Shown here piece by piece: positions 23,393 to 34,466 of a stretch of 64,000 bases of DNA (position 1 is its first letter; the number at the start of each line of letters is the position of its first letter). The translations under genes were made by a program, and so were the position numbers. Source of the stretch: Picochlorum sp. SENEW3 (Eukaryota); contig CP120461.1 in NCBI GenBank assembly GCA_034226945.1, forward strand, positions 62,001-126,000, written 5' to 3'. The notes under the pieces were generated by a model. The model did not search any database, was not told the origin of the DNA, and saw nothing but the letters and a program-made list of their open reading frames with translations.

Positions 23393-24400
23393 ATGAAGAT
23401 TGAAGTACCCCTGAGTCCCTGGGAGAGCGATATCGGCAACGTGACTCCGAATGAGAATGCCACTGCAAAGCCCGTGTCTGGACGCAAACCTACCCCTTTT
23501 AGATCCAAAAAAGTTCATCAATTAAATGAGAATAGTCCTGATGTCCGATCTTTTTGTTTGGATCGTCCTCCTCTGGCTGATATAGGGAATGAGGGAAACG
23601 TAACTGAATCTGCCCGCGACAAGGTGGTTGGCGATCTTATATCGCTGACGCCCATGACTGGGCATAAAAACAATAGTTCAGAGGAGGGAACACCCAAAAT
23701 ATTCACAGGAGGTAAAGGGGAGGCTGTGAAGAGGGGCGGGAGGGCAGTTCCGGTTCCAGACCTCTTATCGTTCGATCCTCTCGGGGATCCTGATACTGGG
23801 CATGAAGGTGATAGCAGCCGTATTCAACAATTGGAAGAGACGATCGAGTTCTTGGAAGGGGAGTTGGTGAAGAGTAAGGCACCTCAGGATGCTTTGGAGA
23901 AGGAAGTGGAGGAGCTGAAGGATTGTGTTGTAGATATGGACAAGGAGAAGAGGGCGGTGGAGAAGAAGCTGGAAGAGACGTTGGTCGAAGTAGAACGAAT
24001 GAAGGTGAATTTGGAGGAGGCCTCAGATCGCGTGGCCGGGAGCACGAGACGCGAGGCAGCACTGCAAAATAAGGTCCGGTCTCTGCAGGCCTTGCTGCAC
24101 ATGGCGACATCTGAGAAGGAGACTCTGGCGGAATACTCACGTATGGAACGGGATGTCGAAAAGAAAGAGTGGGAAAACGATAAGAAGAAGATTGAAATGC
24201 TGGAAAAGCAGAAGAGTGATATGTCGGGGGGATATTCCAATGCAGAGGTGGATGCACTTGTAACAGAGAATGATACATTGGTGAGGAAGATGCGATATGT
24301 TACTAAAAAGCTGTCGGCCTATCAGTCAGATCTGGATGCAGCCGCACCCCAAATTGGTCATTTGTCTCGTGAATTACAGCGTTGGTTTGAGAATTTTTAG
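23393..24400 (+). CDS. Coiled-coil hypothetical protein
   Basis: 335-aa ORF with an E/K-rich heptad C-terminal half. Confidence 0.6.
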   Translation: MKIEVPLSPWESDIGNVTPNENATAKPVSGRKPTPFRSKKVHQLNENSPDVRSFCLDRPPLADIGNEGNVTESARDKVVGDLISLTPMTGHKNNSSEEGTPKIFTGGKGEAVKRGGRAVPVPDLLSFDPLGDPDTGHEGDSSRIQQLEETIEFLEGELVKSKAPQDALEKEVEELKDCVVDMDKEKRAVEKKLEETLVEVERMKVNLEEASDRVAGSTRREAALQNKVRSLQALLHMATSEKETLAEYSRMERDVEKKEWENDKKKIEMLEKQKSDMSGGYSNAEVDALVTENDTLVRKMRYVTKKLSAYQSDLDAAAPQIGHLSRELQRWFENF

Positions 24401-26271
24401 TAGGTTATGACCATTTCTCTCTTGCTCATATCATACACCATGTCGAGGGCCTCTGTCAGAGCAACCTGGCCGAATCTGGTGATGTAATTTGCATTCACCT
24501 TTAATTCTTTCGGCGCGCCGTCCGGGTTGTTTTTTAATGACTGAGCCAATGCGCAGGCACCATCATCTTTGATTTCGTTGTAACCAATATCTAATTCAGT
24601 AAAGTTGACATTCTCGTGTTCCTTCATGCCTCTGGCCAAATAAATCGCCCCATCATCGCCGAAACCATTCCCTCTCAAGTCTAATGTCTTAATTGTCGTA
24701 TTAAACATGACCAAGTCAGCAATGGCCTTTGCTCCTTCCCCTCCCCCAAGCTTGCACCATCCCAACTTGAGCACCTCTACTTCCATATCATACTTGAGAA
24801 CGTCTGCAAACGCCTTTGCTCCCTCTGGACCAATCGGATTATACCCCAACTCGAGTGTTCTCAGCGATGTGTTGCCTTTGATACTTGCCGCAAGCGCTTT
24901 GGCTCCATCAACCCCGATATTATTCCCACCAATATCCAAGGTGACAATGGACTTTTTACCATCCAAAGCAGAAGCCAATTTAAACGCCCCCGAATCACCA
25001 ATGTCGTTCATATAAAGATTCAAAGTCTCCAGCGTCCCGACAGATCGCAAGAGATCCGAAATAGCAACTGCCCCTTCAGGCCCTATGTTGTTGTTGGCAA
25101 ACTCGAGCAACTTGATATTCCCACCTTGTCGCTGACTCAATGCCTCACAAATAGCAATCACACCTTCATTCCCCAACTCATTCCCTTTAATAGAGAGCTC
25201 TTCCAACGTGGTGTTTTCTCGTAATGCACTGGCCAGGACCTTTGCCCCCTCTTCTCCAAGATAGTTGTCGCTGATATTCAGCCTCTTCAACGTGGTATTC
25301 TCCTTCAAAGCATCTGCAATACCGGTTATCCCATCCACATCAATCGCATTGCTGCACAGCTCGAACGCCTCCAATGTTGTATTATTCTTCAGCATTTCAG
25401 CCAACGCTTTTGCTCCGACATCCCCAATATTATTGCTTCCAAGCCCAAGAGTCTTGATCTGGCACCCTCCAGCCAGCGCAGAAGCCAATGACGTCGCCCC
25501 CTCATCTCCGAATGCATTCGTATCCATCACCAAATTCTGAAGGCATGTATTGGATCCCAGCGCTTGTGCCAACTGCGCAGCACCAGCCTCACCAATCCCA
25601 TTCTTTGAAAAATCTGCGGCAACGCACCGCTCGTTGAATGACAGAGAGTCCACAATATACGAAAACCCTTCATCCCCCAAATTCTTCGCAGAAAGATCAA
25701 CAGTAGGCTGATTCCTCACCTGAGCCATAAAATCATTCAACCTCTGCTGACTCTCCTTCGCCAACTGCCTGCTCTCCATGGCCTTTTGCACCTTTGGAGC
25801 CTGAGAGGTGAACACTTTATGTCCCACAAACCCAAGCCCAGCAAGCCCGCCCAGAGCCACCACACCGAGCGCCCCCATTTTCCACACATGGCCTATGTTT
25901 TCCTGCTGCTCATCCGCTGGCAATTCGACAGCCTGATGAAACTCGTGTTGAACCACACTCTCGGTAGGAGGGGTGTCTTCCTCGCAGCAAGCTCCCTTCT
26001 CTTCATCCTCGACAGATGACGACACCACTGGCTCATCATCGAATATATCAGTGTCATCCACCACCACATTCTCCTTTGGAACGATGAGGACATCATCTCC
26101 AGACGCAGCCTCGTCATTGTCACTCGCCAATGCAACCATGCCACGCATTGCCCTCCGTTGCCCTCCGATTGGATCTATACATCTATATTGTCCAGGTAAT
26201 AATACACGACGACGGCAATCAAGGATCGATACGCTCGACGAAGGAGTCAAGGCACGTGGCAGCCCAACCAT
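24397..26271 (-). CDS. Plastid-type RNI-like leucine-rich-repeat protein with one TM helix
   Basis: Many LxxLxLxxNxIGxxGAxxLA repeats after a transit peptide, an acidic region and a TM helix. Confidence 0.85.
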   Translation of the reverse strand: MVGLPRALTPSSSVSILDCRRRVLLPGQYRCIDPIGGQRRAMRGMVALASDNDEAASGDDVLIVPKENVVVDDTDIFDDEPVVSSSVEDEEKGACCEEDTPPTESVVQHEFHQAVELPADEQQENIGHVWKMGALGVVALGGLAGLGFVGHKVFTSQAPKVQKAMESRQLAKESQQRLNDFMAQVRNQPTVDLSAKNLGDEGFSYIVDSLSFNERCVAADFSKNGIGEAGAAQLAQALGSNTCLQNLVMDTNAFGDEGATSLASALAGGCQIKTLGLGSNNIGDVGAKALAEMLKNNTTLEAFELCSNAIDVDGITGIADALKENTTLKRLNISDNYLGEEGAKVLASALRENTTLEELSIKGNELGNEGVIAICEALSQRQGGNIKLLEFANNNIGPEGAVAISDLLRSVGTLETLNLYMNDIGDSGAFKLASALDGKKSIVTLDIGGNNIGVDGAKALAASIKGNTSLRTLELGYNPIGPEGAKAFADVLKYDMEVEVLKLGWCKLGGGEGAKAIADLVMFNTTIKTLDLRGNGFGDDGAIYLARGMKEHENVNFTELDIGYNEIKDDGACALAQSLKNNPDGAPKELKVNANYITRFGQVALTEALDMVYDMSKREMVITY

Positions 26272-26378
26272 GCTCTTTCGCTCGCTTCTATACCACCACT
26301 TGATCAACGAGACTATGGTTTGGTATGTACTCGAGTCTAAATTTTACAATCTCTATGGATGATGGATGGCGCATGCCA

Positions 26379-26903
26379 TCATGTTTTTGTTTTCCTCTTC
26401 TTCTTCTTCTTATTTTTCTTCTTGGAATGCATGGCATCTGCTACTGCTCTATCCATCCCATGCGCATGTGGGATGGTGTCTTGGTGTGGGGGAGATTTCC
26501 TCTTTTTGGCACGGGATGCATCATCATCATCATGATGATGAAAAGGCATGTCCCCATGGCCCCCCTGTCCTGCTGCTCTTGAAATATCCTTTGTTACCAG
26601 CGCTTCCTGTTGCTCTTCGACATCTATAGGGCCCGCAATCTGGCCAAATGATAGTATTCCTTGGCGGCTTTCTGTCGCAATGCTAGGATTTGTCCGTGTC
26701 ATGACAATGCACCTGGTCTTTGACGCTTCAACTGCCCAGTCTTCCGAGAATCCCGAAGAGCCTTGGCCATCCTGTACTCTATATGAAACACTTGGTTCTT
26801 CAGTGGTGTTTGTATGCGTTGCTTTGTCCCTATCGGTGGCAGCAGCTCGTTGCATGAACTTGAGCTGTTTGATTTTCGAACTCAGTTTACCATGGGCTGC
26901 CAT
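26379..26903 (-). CDS. MPP6: M-phase phosphoprotein 6-like exosome cofactor
   Basis: LSSKIKQLKFMQRA and GILSFG motifs; Lys-rich tail. Confidence 0.65.
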   Translation of the reverse strand: MAAHGKLSSKIKQLKFMQRAAATDRDKATHTNTTEEPSVSYRVQDGQGSSGFSEDWAVEASKTRCIVMTRTNPSIATESRQGILSFGQIAGPIDVEEQQEALVTKDISRAAGQGGHGDMPFHHHDDDDASRAKKRKSPPHQDTIPHAHGMDRAVADAMHSKKKNKKKKKRKTKT

Positions 26904-27110
26904 GGCTCTTCTGTTGTTTGGGACAGCTTCCTGCTGTTTTATATAAAATTTTCTCAATGATGACGTGCGTCACGTGTGCTTGATTGTTGTCAACAGAAGA
27001 TTCGAATGCTCTGTATTTAGAAACTTGAACAACTCCCCTTGTGGCTGCCTTGTTGATGACAGCCATCTCGCAGCACTGCATATACATAAAATTGACGAAG
27101 AAGAAGACGT

Positions 27111-29450
27111 ATGGAGATGAGGGGTAGTGGAAAGAAGTTTGTGTTTCGACTCTTGGACAAGGATGACATTCGCAAAGAATTGGTAGGGCGACATGTGTAC
27201 ACGCTTTGGCCTGATAATGGGATATGGTACAAAGGGAAAGTGAAGAAATGTAACCCTGCGGAGATGACGGCACTTTTGTTCTATCAGGGGACGGATGAGA
27301 AGGAAGAGGCCGACCTGGAGGAGTTGATTGGGGAGAAGCAGATTGCCTTCTCGGAGGAGCGGGCTGGGGATTATGTGTGTGGGCCGAATGAGATTGAACA
27401 GAAGCCAGAGCATTTTGCGGAGGGAGAGGATGGTGAGGTGGATGATGGTGCGATACTGCGCGATTCTGACTCGGAATACAACAGCGAGAGGGACGATGTG
27501 CCATCGTCGTCTGATGATGAGGATGATGAGGTGGTGGGTCGATCCAAGCGGAAGAGGAAGCCAAAGGTTATGGAGGATTTTCTGGATGATGATGCGCTGG
27601 GTGATGAGCTTCCACTAGCGATGCGCAAGGCTGCAGGGGAGACGAGGAAGAAAACAAGAGCTGTGGAAGAAGATGCAGAGGAAGATTTCGCTGATAGATT
27701 GATTCAATCGGCGACGATGAATGTGAGGAGAAGCGTAAAGAAGAATAACACGAATGATCCTGAAGTGAGGGAGAAGGTGAAGGCTGCATTGCAGCAGGGG
27801 CTTGATATGGCGTATGGTGAGTTGGGAGGGAGTGAGGAGGGGTTGCAAGTACCTGCTGATGTGGCGTCGATTGTCGAGGAGGCTTTATTTGGAGCGTATG
27901 GAGGAACGACCAAGGATTATAAGACCAAAATGCGGTCCCTGCAGTTTAATTTGAAGGATCCAAATAATAAGGAATTGAGGGCACATGTGCTGCGTGGAGA
28001 TATCACTCCAGATACGTTTGTCAGAATGACAGCGAATGAGCTTGCATCGAAAGAATTAGCCGAGTACAGGAAGAAGAAAGAAGAAGAGGCTTTAAAAATG
28101 TCAGTATTAGATGCGGAGGCGGCAGCTAAATTTTCAACTGCAGCTGCATTGGAGACGAAAGAAGACAAGGAGAAGCGTCTTCAGCGGGAAATGTTGATTC
28201 GTGAGAAGGAAGATTCTCGCAAGAAGGATGTGGTCGAAGATGGCGATAAAAATTCTGATGAGGCTGTGGCTGAGGAGCATCATGATGGAGAGGGAGGTGA
28301 TGGAAAGGAAGATATGCAACGAGAGCTGCCTGCAGGAGCGCCTGAGGCAGGAAAGGGAAGAGAAGATGATGGCGACCTCTTCGGTTACGACAAGGACGCC
28401 GCCGAGCCTGACACCGCAAAGGCAGCAAAAAGTCTCGATTGGGCTAGTATAAAGTCCGCATCTATGGAAGCGTCGAAATTGCAGGCAAACTACGTATCTG
28501 ATTTGGGTGGTATGGAAGCTGCACCAGATGACCATGATGCTGCACCACCTGTGGGTCCTACTGTGGATGAGAACCTGGAAAAACTATTTTTGCCATGTCC
28601 TGAACCTCTGACTTTGGGTCCTCATGTTTGGGAAGGTCTAGTGTCTGTTCCTGGTGTTGGTAATAGCACAATGTCTGCAAGTGCTCTACAAGGGAGTGGG
28701 GATCTGCAGTACTTGCTTGGTAAAGGACTTACAGCACGGGGGAGACTGTCGTTGCAGAAACTCGATTCTTTCCTGTCAGAATTGCATTTGTCAAAACATA
28801 GAACGGCTAGTGTTGGGGTGTTACAATCAGCAAAAGGGAAACCAAAGTCTACAGATGTTGTTGATTCGCATGTCTTGGCATCACATTACAGGCAGAAAGA
28901 CAGGGCCGGAGTGGCACAATCGAGCAGCGGTGTAGAGGTGTATCTGATTCCTAGTGGACCGCTTTCGGAGAAAATTTTAGTTGCTGTACACTCTTTAGAT
29001 CCTGAAAATATAGAAACATGCATGGCAGTTGGGGAACAAGGGCCTGTCATGGACAATGGCATGCTTCTTGCTGTTGTTGTACACAAGAAAGAGATGGCAG
29101 CAAAGAAGCGGGAAGCAACTAAAAGTGCTCCAGAGGTAGCCCTGCCAGAGGGCCTTGACTTCAATGCGATATCAGCTCTTGCTGCAGCTATAGGGGTTGG
29201 ATCCACAGAGGCTCCCCCTCCTCCTCCAGCTCCTCCAGCACCACCCATGCCAATGCAATCAGCAGTCCAGACTGATCAACAACAAGATGGTGGAGTGAAT
29301 GCACCTATATTTGATCCTTCTGCTCTAAGTGCTCTCTCTCAAGCTCTTGGAATCCCCGAACAGGCGGCCCCAATGGCGCCAGCTCCCCATGCGGGATCGA
29401 ACCAGAAAACTAGACCAATGCAACATCTGAAAGACCCTAGGCGACAGTAG
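27111..29450 (+). CDS. Tudor-like + TFIIS central + SPOC domain protein (PHF3/DIDO/BYE1-like)
   Basis: LVGR....WPDNG.WY.G; YKTKMRSLQFNLKDPNN.ELR..VL.G.I.P...V.MT..ELAS; VWEG..., ARGRL SPOC segment. Confidence 0.85.
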   Translation: MEMRGSGKKFVFRLLDKDDIRKELVGRHVYTLWPDNGIWYKGKVKKCNPAEMTALLFYQGTDEKEEADLEELIGEKQIAFSEERAGDYVCGPNEIEQKPEHFAEGEDGEVDDGAILRDSDSEYNSERDDVPSSSDDEDDEVVGRSKRKRKPKVMEDFLDDDALGDELPLAMRKAAGETRKKTRAVEEDAEEDFADRLIQSATMNVRRSVKKNNTNDPEVREKVKAALQQGLDMAYGELGGSEEGLQVPADVASIVEEALFGAYGGTTKDYKTKMRSLQFNLKDPNNKELRAHVLRGDITPDTFVRMTANELASKELAEYRKKKEEEALKMSVLDAEAAAKFSTAAALETKEDKEKRLQREMLIREKEDSRKKDVVEDGDKNSDEAVAEEHHDGEGGDGKEDMQRELPAGAPEAGKGREDDGDLFGYDKDAAEPDTAKAAKSLDWASIKSASMEASKLQANYVSDLGGMEAAPDDHDAAPPVGPTVDENLEKLFLPCPEPLTLGPHVWEGLVSVPGVGNSTMSASALQGSGDLQYLLGKGLTARGRLSLQKLDSFLSELHLSKHRTASVGVLQSAKGKPKSTDVVDSHVLASHYRQKDRAGVAQSSSGVEVYLIPSGPLSEKILVAVHSLDPENIETCMAVGEQGPVMDNGMLLAVVVHKKEMAAKKREATKSAPEVALPEGLDFNAISALAAAIGVGSTEAPPPPPAPPAPPMPMQSAVQTDQQQDGGVNAPIFDPSALSALSQALGIPEQAAPMAPAPHAGSNQKTRPMQHLKDPRRQ

Positions 29451-29464
29451 ATACGTACAAAGAC

Positions 29465-30355
29465 TCAACTGACAAACGACACCTTAATATTTTTTGACTG
29501 TAAAAATATAACGGCACTCTCTGAGACATACCCACCGACATTGTAGTTATTAAATGAATTTCTTGTGAGCAAAATCTCAACCAGACTTGGAGTGCAATGG
29601 TTGATCAGAGCCATCAGATTGTCATCCGTGACACTCGCAACATACGCAATGTTCAATACTTTCAACTTGTAGAATGTTACTGGAGAGTACATCCACCACG
29701 AGGACAACTCGAACTGCTCGCACCCAGTGAGGGATAATCGTTTCAGGTTCTCTCCCAACTGCAACCAGGCCAGAGCTCTGTCTCCCTGCTGACGGCAAAG
29801 GGGGTTCCATCTGTGACAGAACGAGACATCTAGTTCCTCTAAATGCGGGGTATACTTGATCCAATCCCCACTTCCCGCAGTATCCGGTGCATGCGCCGTG
29901 CGCAATCGCCTGATTTTTGGAAGCCCAGCTTCAGCCACGAGCCTGAGGCATCTACTCAAGTCATGCTCCTTCATGGAGCCATAACTTAGGTCCAGAGTTT
30001 GAAGGTTCTTGCAATGCGGGTACAATATGTCACAAAAATGCTTCGAGTACTTGAAAGCTGACCTGGACAAGTCCACATCTCTCACGTGAGTTGATGCATG
30101 ATGAAACAAAAAACGACTTGCCTCGAGCTCCTCAGCAGACCGAATAGCCTGCCTTATTGCCACGTTCCTTGAATTCTTTAGAATCTCGTGAACGATGCAT
30201 CTCCATAATGTACAAACAGAACTCAGTCTCACTGCAACTTTTGCAGTGTCCACTCCCCAGCAAGGCCGTGTCAGCCTTGGGTTTTCTTCTTCTACTCCAC
30301 CAAACACTGCACAGGCAATGACTTTTTCCAACAAATACTCATCCAAACATTCCAT
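29465..30355 (-). CDS. F-box/LRR-like protein
   Basis: LDEYLLEKVI...LSSVCTLWR; LxxLDLS repeats. Confidence 0.7.
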   Translation of the reverse strand: MECLDEYLLEKVIACAVFGGVEEENPRLTRPCWGVDTAKVAVRLSSVCTLWRCIVHEILKNSRNVAIRQAIRSAEELEASRFLFHHASTHVRDVDLSRSAFKYSKHFCDILYPHCKNLQTLDLSYGSMKEHDLSRCLRLVAEAGLPKIRRLRTAHAPDTAGSGDWIKYTPHLEELDVSFCHRWNPLCRQQGDRALAWLQLGENLKRLSLTGCEQFELSSWWMYSPVTFYKLKVLNIAYVASVTDDNLMALINHCTPSLVEILLTRNSFNNYNVGGYVSESAVIFLQSKNIKVSFVS

Positions 30356-30614
30356 CCAACCGGAGAAGAGAGATTTTTAAAACTGACAAATAATGATGGG
30401 TTTTAAGCCATAATGCTCTGAATGCCTCCCGAATGGCACACTCGTATCATCAACAGCAGATGCACCAAGGCGCAACCCGCCAGTCACCCACGTGGCCATG
30501 GACAGATCAGCGGGCCATTGTCAATTTTGGAAGCCATCCGAAAACAAATACACTTGATCATAGATCATTATTCTACCAATAGTATAGTACGTGTCATTAT
30601 TGGCAGTCTCGAAG

Positions 30615-31163
30615 ATGCAGGATCCATGGGCAGAACCTTTGACAAAGCGAAACGTTCCAGTGGTCCAGTCGACCAGTAGCAGTGATAGCGACCTTGATTC
30701 CAACGAGCAGTGCCGTAAAGAAGACGAGACGTGCTCGACTGAGACGAATACTGTCACGAGAAAGAAGGCTGGAGCGATTCTTCCCAATCCCGAACAACTG
30801 TTGGGGACAGACAGCAAAAGGCCCAAATTTTTGGATCCTGAAGCTCTTCGCGACGCCCATTCATACGGAAAACCGAAAACATCTACCAAAAAAGATATTG
30901 AAGAGCCTCATGTTACTGAAAAGGAATTTGACATTGCTCGGATGGCTCCTCCATTGAAGGGTTCAAAAGAGCAAGATAGTAACAGAGTTATCAAGTCAAA
31001 GGCTCTAGTGTACGACAAAAGGAGCGACGACGCACCGAGAATCGACAGAGACAAAAAGGCTCCTGTGAAAGAAAAGGAAAAGTTGAAACGAATCAAGGGT
31101 CAAAGCACGCATTCGTCTTGGAAGAGCGAAGGTGAAATGCTTTTGAGACAACAATACGACTGA
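30615..31163 (+). CDS. Conserved eukaryotic hypothetical protein
   Basis: C-terminus KEKEKLKRIKGQS..SSWKSEGEMLLRQQYD resembles a conserved plant/protist motif. Confidence 0.6.
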   Translation: MQDPWAEPLTKRNVPVVQSTSSSDSDLDSNEQCRKEDETCSTETNTVTRKKAGAILPNPEQLLGTDSKRPKFLDPEALRDAHSYGKPKTSTKKDIEEPHVTEKEFDIARMAPPLKGSKEQDSNRVIKSKALVYDKRSDDAPRIDRDKKAPVKEKEKLKRIKGQSTHSSWKSEGEMLLRQQYD

Positions 31164-31208
31164 CATGTCATTATTCAGCACAAAATTTATTTATTTATTC
31201 ATGGATCT

Positions 31209-32782
31209 TCAACCACTCTCAGTTATTTCTGAAGACGTATCATCTTTTATGTGGGATTTTATCACACTCTCAAACGCAGAAGCCACCAAAGCTATCCTTG
31301 TCCCTGGTAGTATTTGCAGATCAAAGTCCTTGTATACAGAATCTGTTACGCCATACACCTTGTCGGCCAACTCTTTGCTTTCTTCCATCGTTGCAGGAAA
31401 CGATGATAGCATATTTTCAAATTCTAATGTCTGGTTGTCTTGGCTGGCAGAGGCTTCAGTCCCCTTGCCATGCACATCTTTCAATCTATCATATGACCAT
31501 TTCAGCGATGATAAAATTGGTCCGTAGAGCTTACTGCTCGCTACATCACATTCACTAATATTCAGAGATGCCTTCTCACTCTCATCAGCACCAGGACTCG
31601 ACTTTCCATGGTCTGAATGATTGGATTCTCCCTCTTCATGTGGCGAATCTTTGGTTTCAGAGTACCCTTCACCTACAAACAGTGAACATGCCTCGTCTTC
31701 GTTCTTTCTTTGGCGCTTTGGATTATCATTACTTATTAAGCTCGCCACATCACTCGCACGAGGGCTATCTTTCGCCTGACTGGGATGCACCAGTGAGGAA
31801 TCTCTCCTCTGCTGCCGAGGGTGTTTCCCATGGTGCTGCAGTGCATTCCCCTTGATCGGGCTAATACCTTCATCGGCGCTGGATGATACGATCTTTTCTT
31901 TCAAATTAATGTTCTGTGATACAGACTTGCCAAAAGACTTGGCCTTGGAGTCGGTCAGATCACTACCATCATATGTGAGTGATGCTGATGGTGTCCCACC
32001 AATTTCTACTAGAAATCGAATCACCTCATGCGACGTGGACACAAGCCACAGCACTTGATATATTGTACTCTGTGTCGTACAAACCCCTTCCAATTCCTTC
32101 GGGAGCTCGTCCCGCGAGTGTGCATGCACTGCCTCCTGAATAACTCGCCTCACATGGCCCATGGCCGTACTGAATGCTTTCCTATCATTCTCTCTCACGT
32201 CATCCTCCACCCCCAGATCGCACCTCGATTCAGTCTTTCGTATATAGTCGTAAAAATCTTTATTCAATTCTATATCCCCAAATCGCACCAGAACTTCAGC
32301 TAGAGAGGACTCGTTCGCCTCTGCACGCTCTGACACCAAAGCCCCCTCATCACCTCTCTCCTCTCCCTCCGACACACCATGATCACGTGCACTAGACTCA
32401 TCTTTAGGTACACTTTCTTCTGCCTTGCGTTTCTTTGGACTTGGAGGCACCACAGCAATCCTCTGCACATCCTCCTTCTCTTCCCCTACAGGACTGGTGC
32501 TGTAGTGAACATTCAGCTGCTTGAATGCCTTGGACGTCTCTGCAGCAAAATACCCTCAGACGTATTTACATGTCCCCACAGTGTTGCCTTTACTCAGTAT
32601 AACGTACCAATGACGTGCGAGTTCTCCTCTGCTGGGGAACTGCTGGGTCCGTTGGCCAGAACTGCCTCATCCCCTACAGTCAGAGTGGCTCCGATATCAC
32701 GGATTCCATCGATTTCATGTGTTCGTAGCTTTTTACAGGTATTGCCAATGTCTCCATTGGATTCCTGACTGGTCCGTGACAT
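31209..32782 (-). CDS. Low-complexity hypothetical protein; probable intron ~32541-32607
   Basis: 419-aa ORF extendable to a TGCAG acceptor, with upstream exon MSRTSQ; NLS-like PKKRK. Confidence 0.5.
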
Positions 32783-32879
32783 GCCCTGTGTTGACCCTTT
32801 TCAAAGGACAAACGCAGACAGTGCGTCACCATGTACCCTTCTATCAATATCCGCTGGTATTATAATTTTACATGAAATA

Positions 32880-34391
32880 TTATTCAGGATCTTGGGTAAA
32901 CAAGGCTTGGATTTCCTCGAAATCTTTTCCTTTGGTCTCTGGAATGTTGGAAAAGACCCACCACATGCCAACACAGGTGATCAGAAAGATGGTGAAGAAG
33001 GTTCCATTGGCTCCAAAGACCACCACAGATGTCAAGAATACTTGGCAGACGATAAAGTTGGTCATCCAATTGAAAAAGCTTGCAATGCCCATGCAGAATC
33101 CCCTCACATCCTGCCTGAAAATCTCAGAGCAGATGATCCATGGGATCGGACCCAATCCTGGCGAGAATGCGAGGAGATATGCGCATGTGAGGAGAAATAT
33201 AGATGCGGAGTAGACGAATGGCGTGGGACAGGTGTGCTCAAAGGCGGTGACATCCATCTTGTCAAGCGAAGATGCACATAGAGCTGTTGCATTGAACATC
33301 TCATGCTCATCCTTGCTGATGCAGATGCCAGAACCATCTGTATATGAAGAATCCATACAGAAGACACATCCAGATGAGATGCACGCGGAGCATGTCGTGG
33401 GCGATGATGGGCATGTTGAAGCCCCTTGAGCAGGGTCCACCAGTGGGGATGTGCGAGAAGAAAGGGTGAAAGCCACGCTCATCCCGAGCAATGTCACCGC
33501 GACACCGAAAAGGCTGATCAAAAGCACTCGTCTCCTACCATGATGATCAATGGTCCTCTTTCCAACAAGTGTCCCGAGAAAATTGCATCCAGCTGGTATC
33601 ATGGACAGTTTCAGAGAGGTCTGAATCGATACAATCCCCGCACTCTCTAATATCAAGGGTAGAAAATACATGACGGTGTTGATACCCGCCAATTGCTGAA
33701 GCATTTGAAGCCCAACACCAAGCTTTACTTGATCCCATACAGGTCTCTCTAGAACACTCTTCCACGCCCTTTTTGCAGTACTCGTCTTCTCATGCGCAGG
33801 CTTTATGTATACTAATCCTACAGCCTGAATACACGCTGGTATGATTGACAGGCCGAGCATCACCCTCCACGTACCCCTCACATAACTGCACACCACATTC
33901 ACAATGTATGCTGCCAGCTGTCCAACTGTCACATACACTGTATTCATCGTCACAAACTCCCCTCGTACATGCGCAGGTGCATGCTCACTAATGAATACTG
34001 GAACAATCACTGCCGATGCACCAATGGCAAGCCCCACAATGAATCTACCCAAAATCAACTCCAAACATGACCCTGCAAAGCACATCAGGATGCCACCCAG
34101 CACAAAGATACCGTCGGTCAACACCAATATCCTATGCCTTCCATACATATCAGCCGCCATCCCAAACACGACACTCCCCAGCGCTCCGCCGATGAGCGTA
34201 CTGGACACGATAGTTCCCTGAATCCAAGACGAATACACTGGGTCGTCATCAGGGAACATATCATCCTGTCGAATATACGGGAGAGCCCCAGCAATCACTC
34301 CAGTATCAAAACCGAACAAGAACCCTCCCAGTGAGGCTACGGTACTACAGACAAACAGCGATGCCTTTGGGGCATTGAGACTTGACGACAT
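32880..34391 (-). CDS. MFS sugar/inositol transporter (INT-like, with Cys-rich PSI-like loop)
   Basis: GGFLFGFDTGVI, D.YGR, QQLAGINTVMY, CSACISSGCVFC loop, PGLGPIPW, PETKG. Confidence 0.9.
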   Translation of the reverse strand: MSSSLNAPKASLFVCSTVASLGGFLFGFDTGVIAGALPYIRQDDMFPDDDPVYSSWIQGTIVSSTLIGGALGSVVFGMAADMYGRHRILVLTDGIFVLGGILMCFAGSCLELILGRFIVGLAIGASAVIVPVFISEHAPAHVRGEFVTMNTVYVTVGQLAAYIVNVVCSYVRGTWRVMLGLSIIPACIQAVGLVYIKPAHEKTSTAKRAWKSVLERPVWDQVKLGVGLQMLQQLAGINTVMYFLPLILESAGIVSIQTSLKLSMIPAGCNFLGTLVGKRTIDHHGRRRVLLISLFGVAVTLLGMSVAFTLSSRTSPLVDPAQGASTCPSSPTTCSACISSGCVFCMDSSYTDGSGICISKDEHEMFNATALCASSLDKMDVTAFEHTCPTPFVYSASIFLLTCAYLLAFSPGLGPIPWIICSEIFRQDVRGFCMGIASFFNWMTNFIVCQVFLTSVVVFGANGTFFTIFLITCVGMWWVFSNIPETKGKDFEEIQALFTQDPE

Positions 34392-34466
34392 GTTTTGCTG
34401 AGCACATGTTTCTCTTCTTCTTCTTCTTATGATAATGACATATCGGTATATCAAAAATAATATTTA

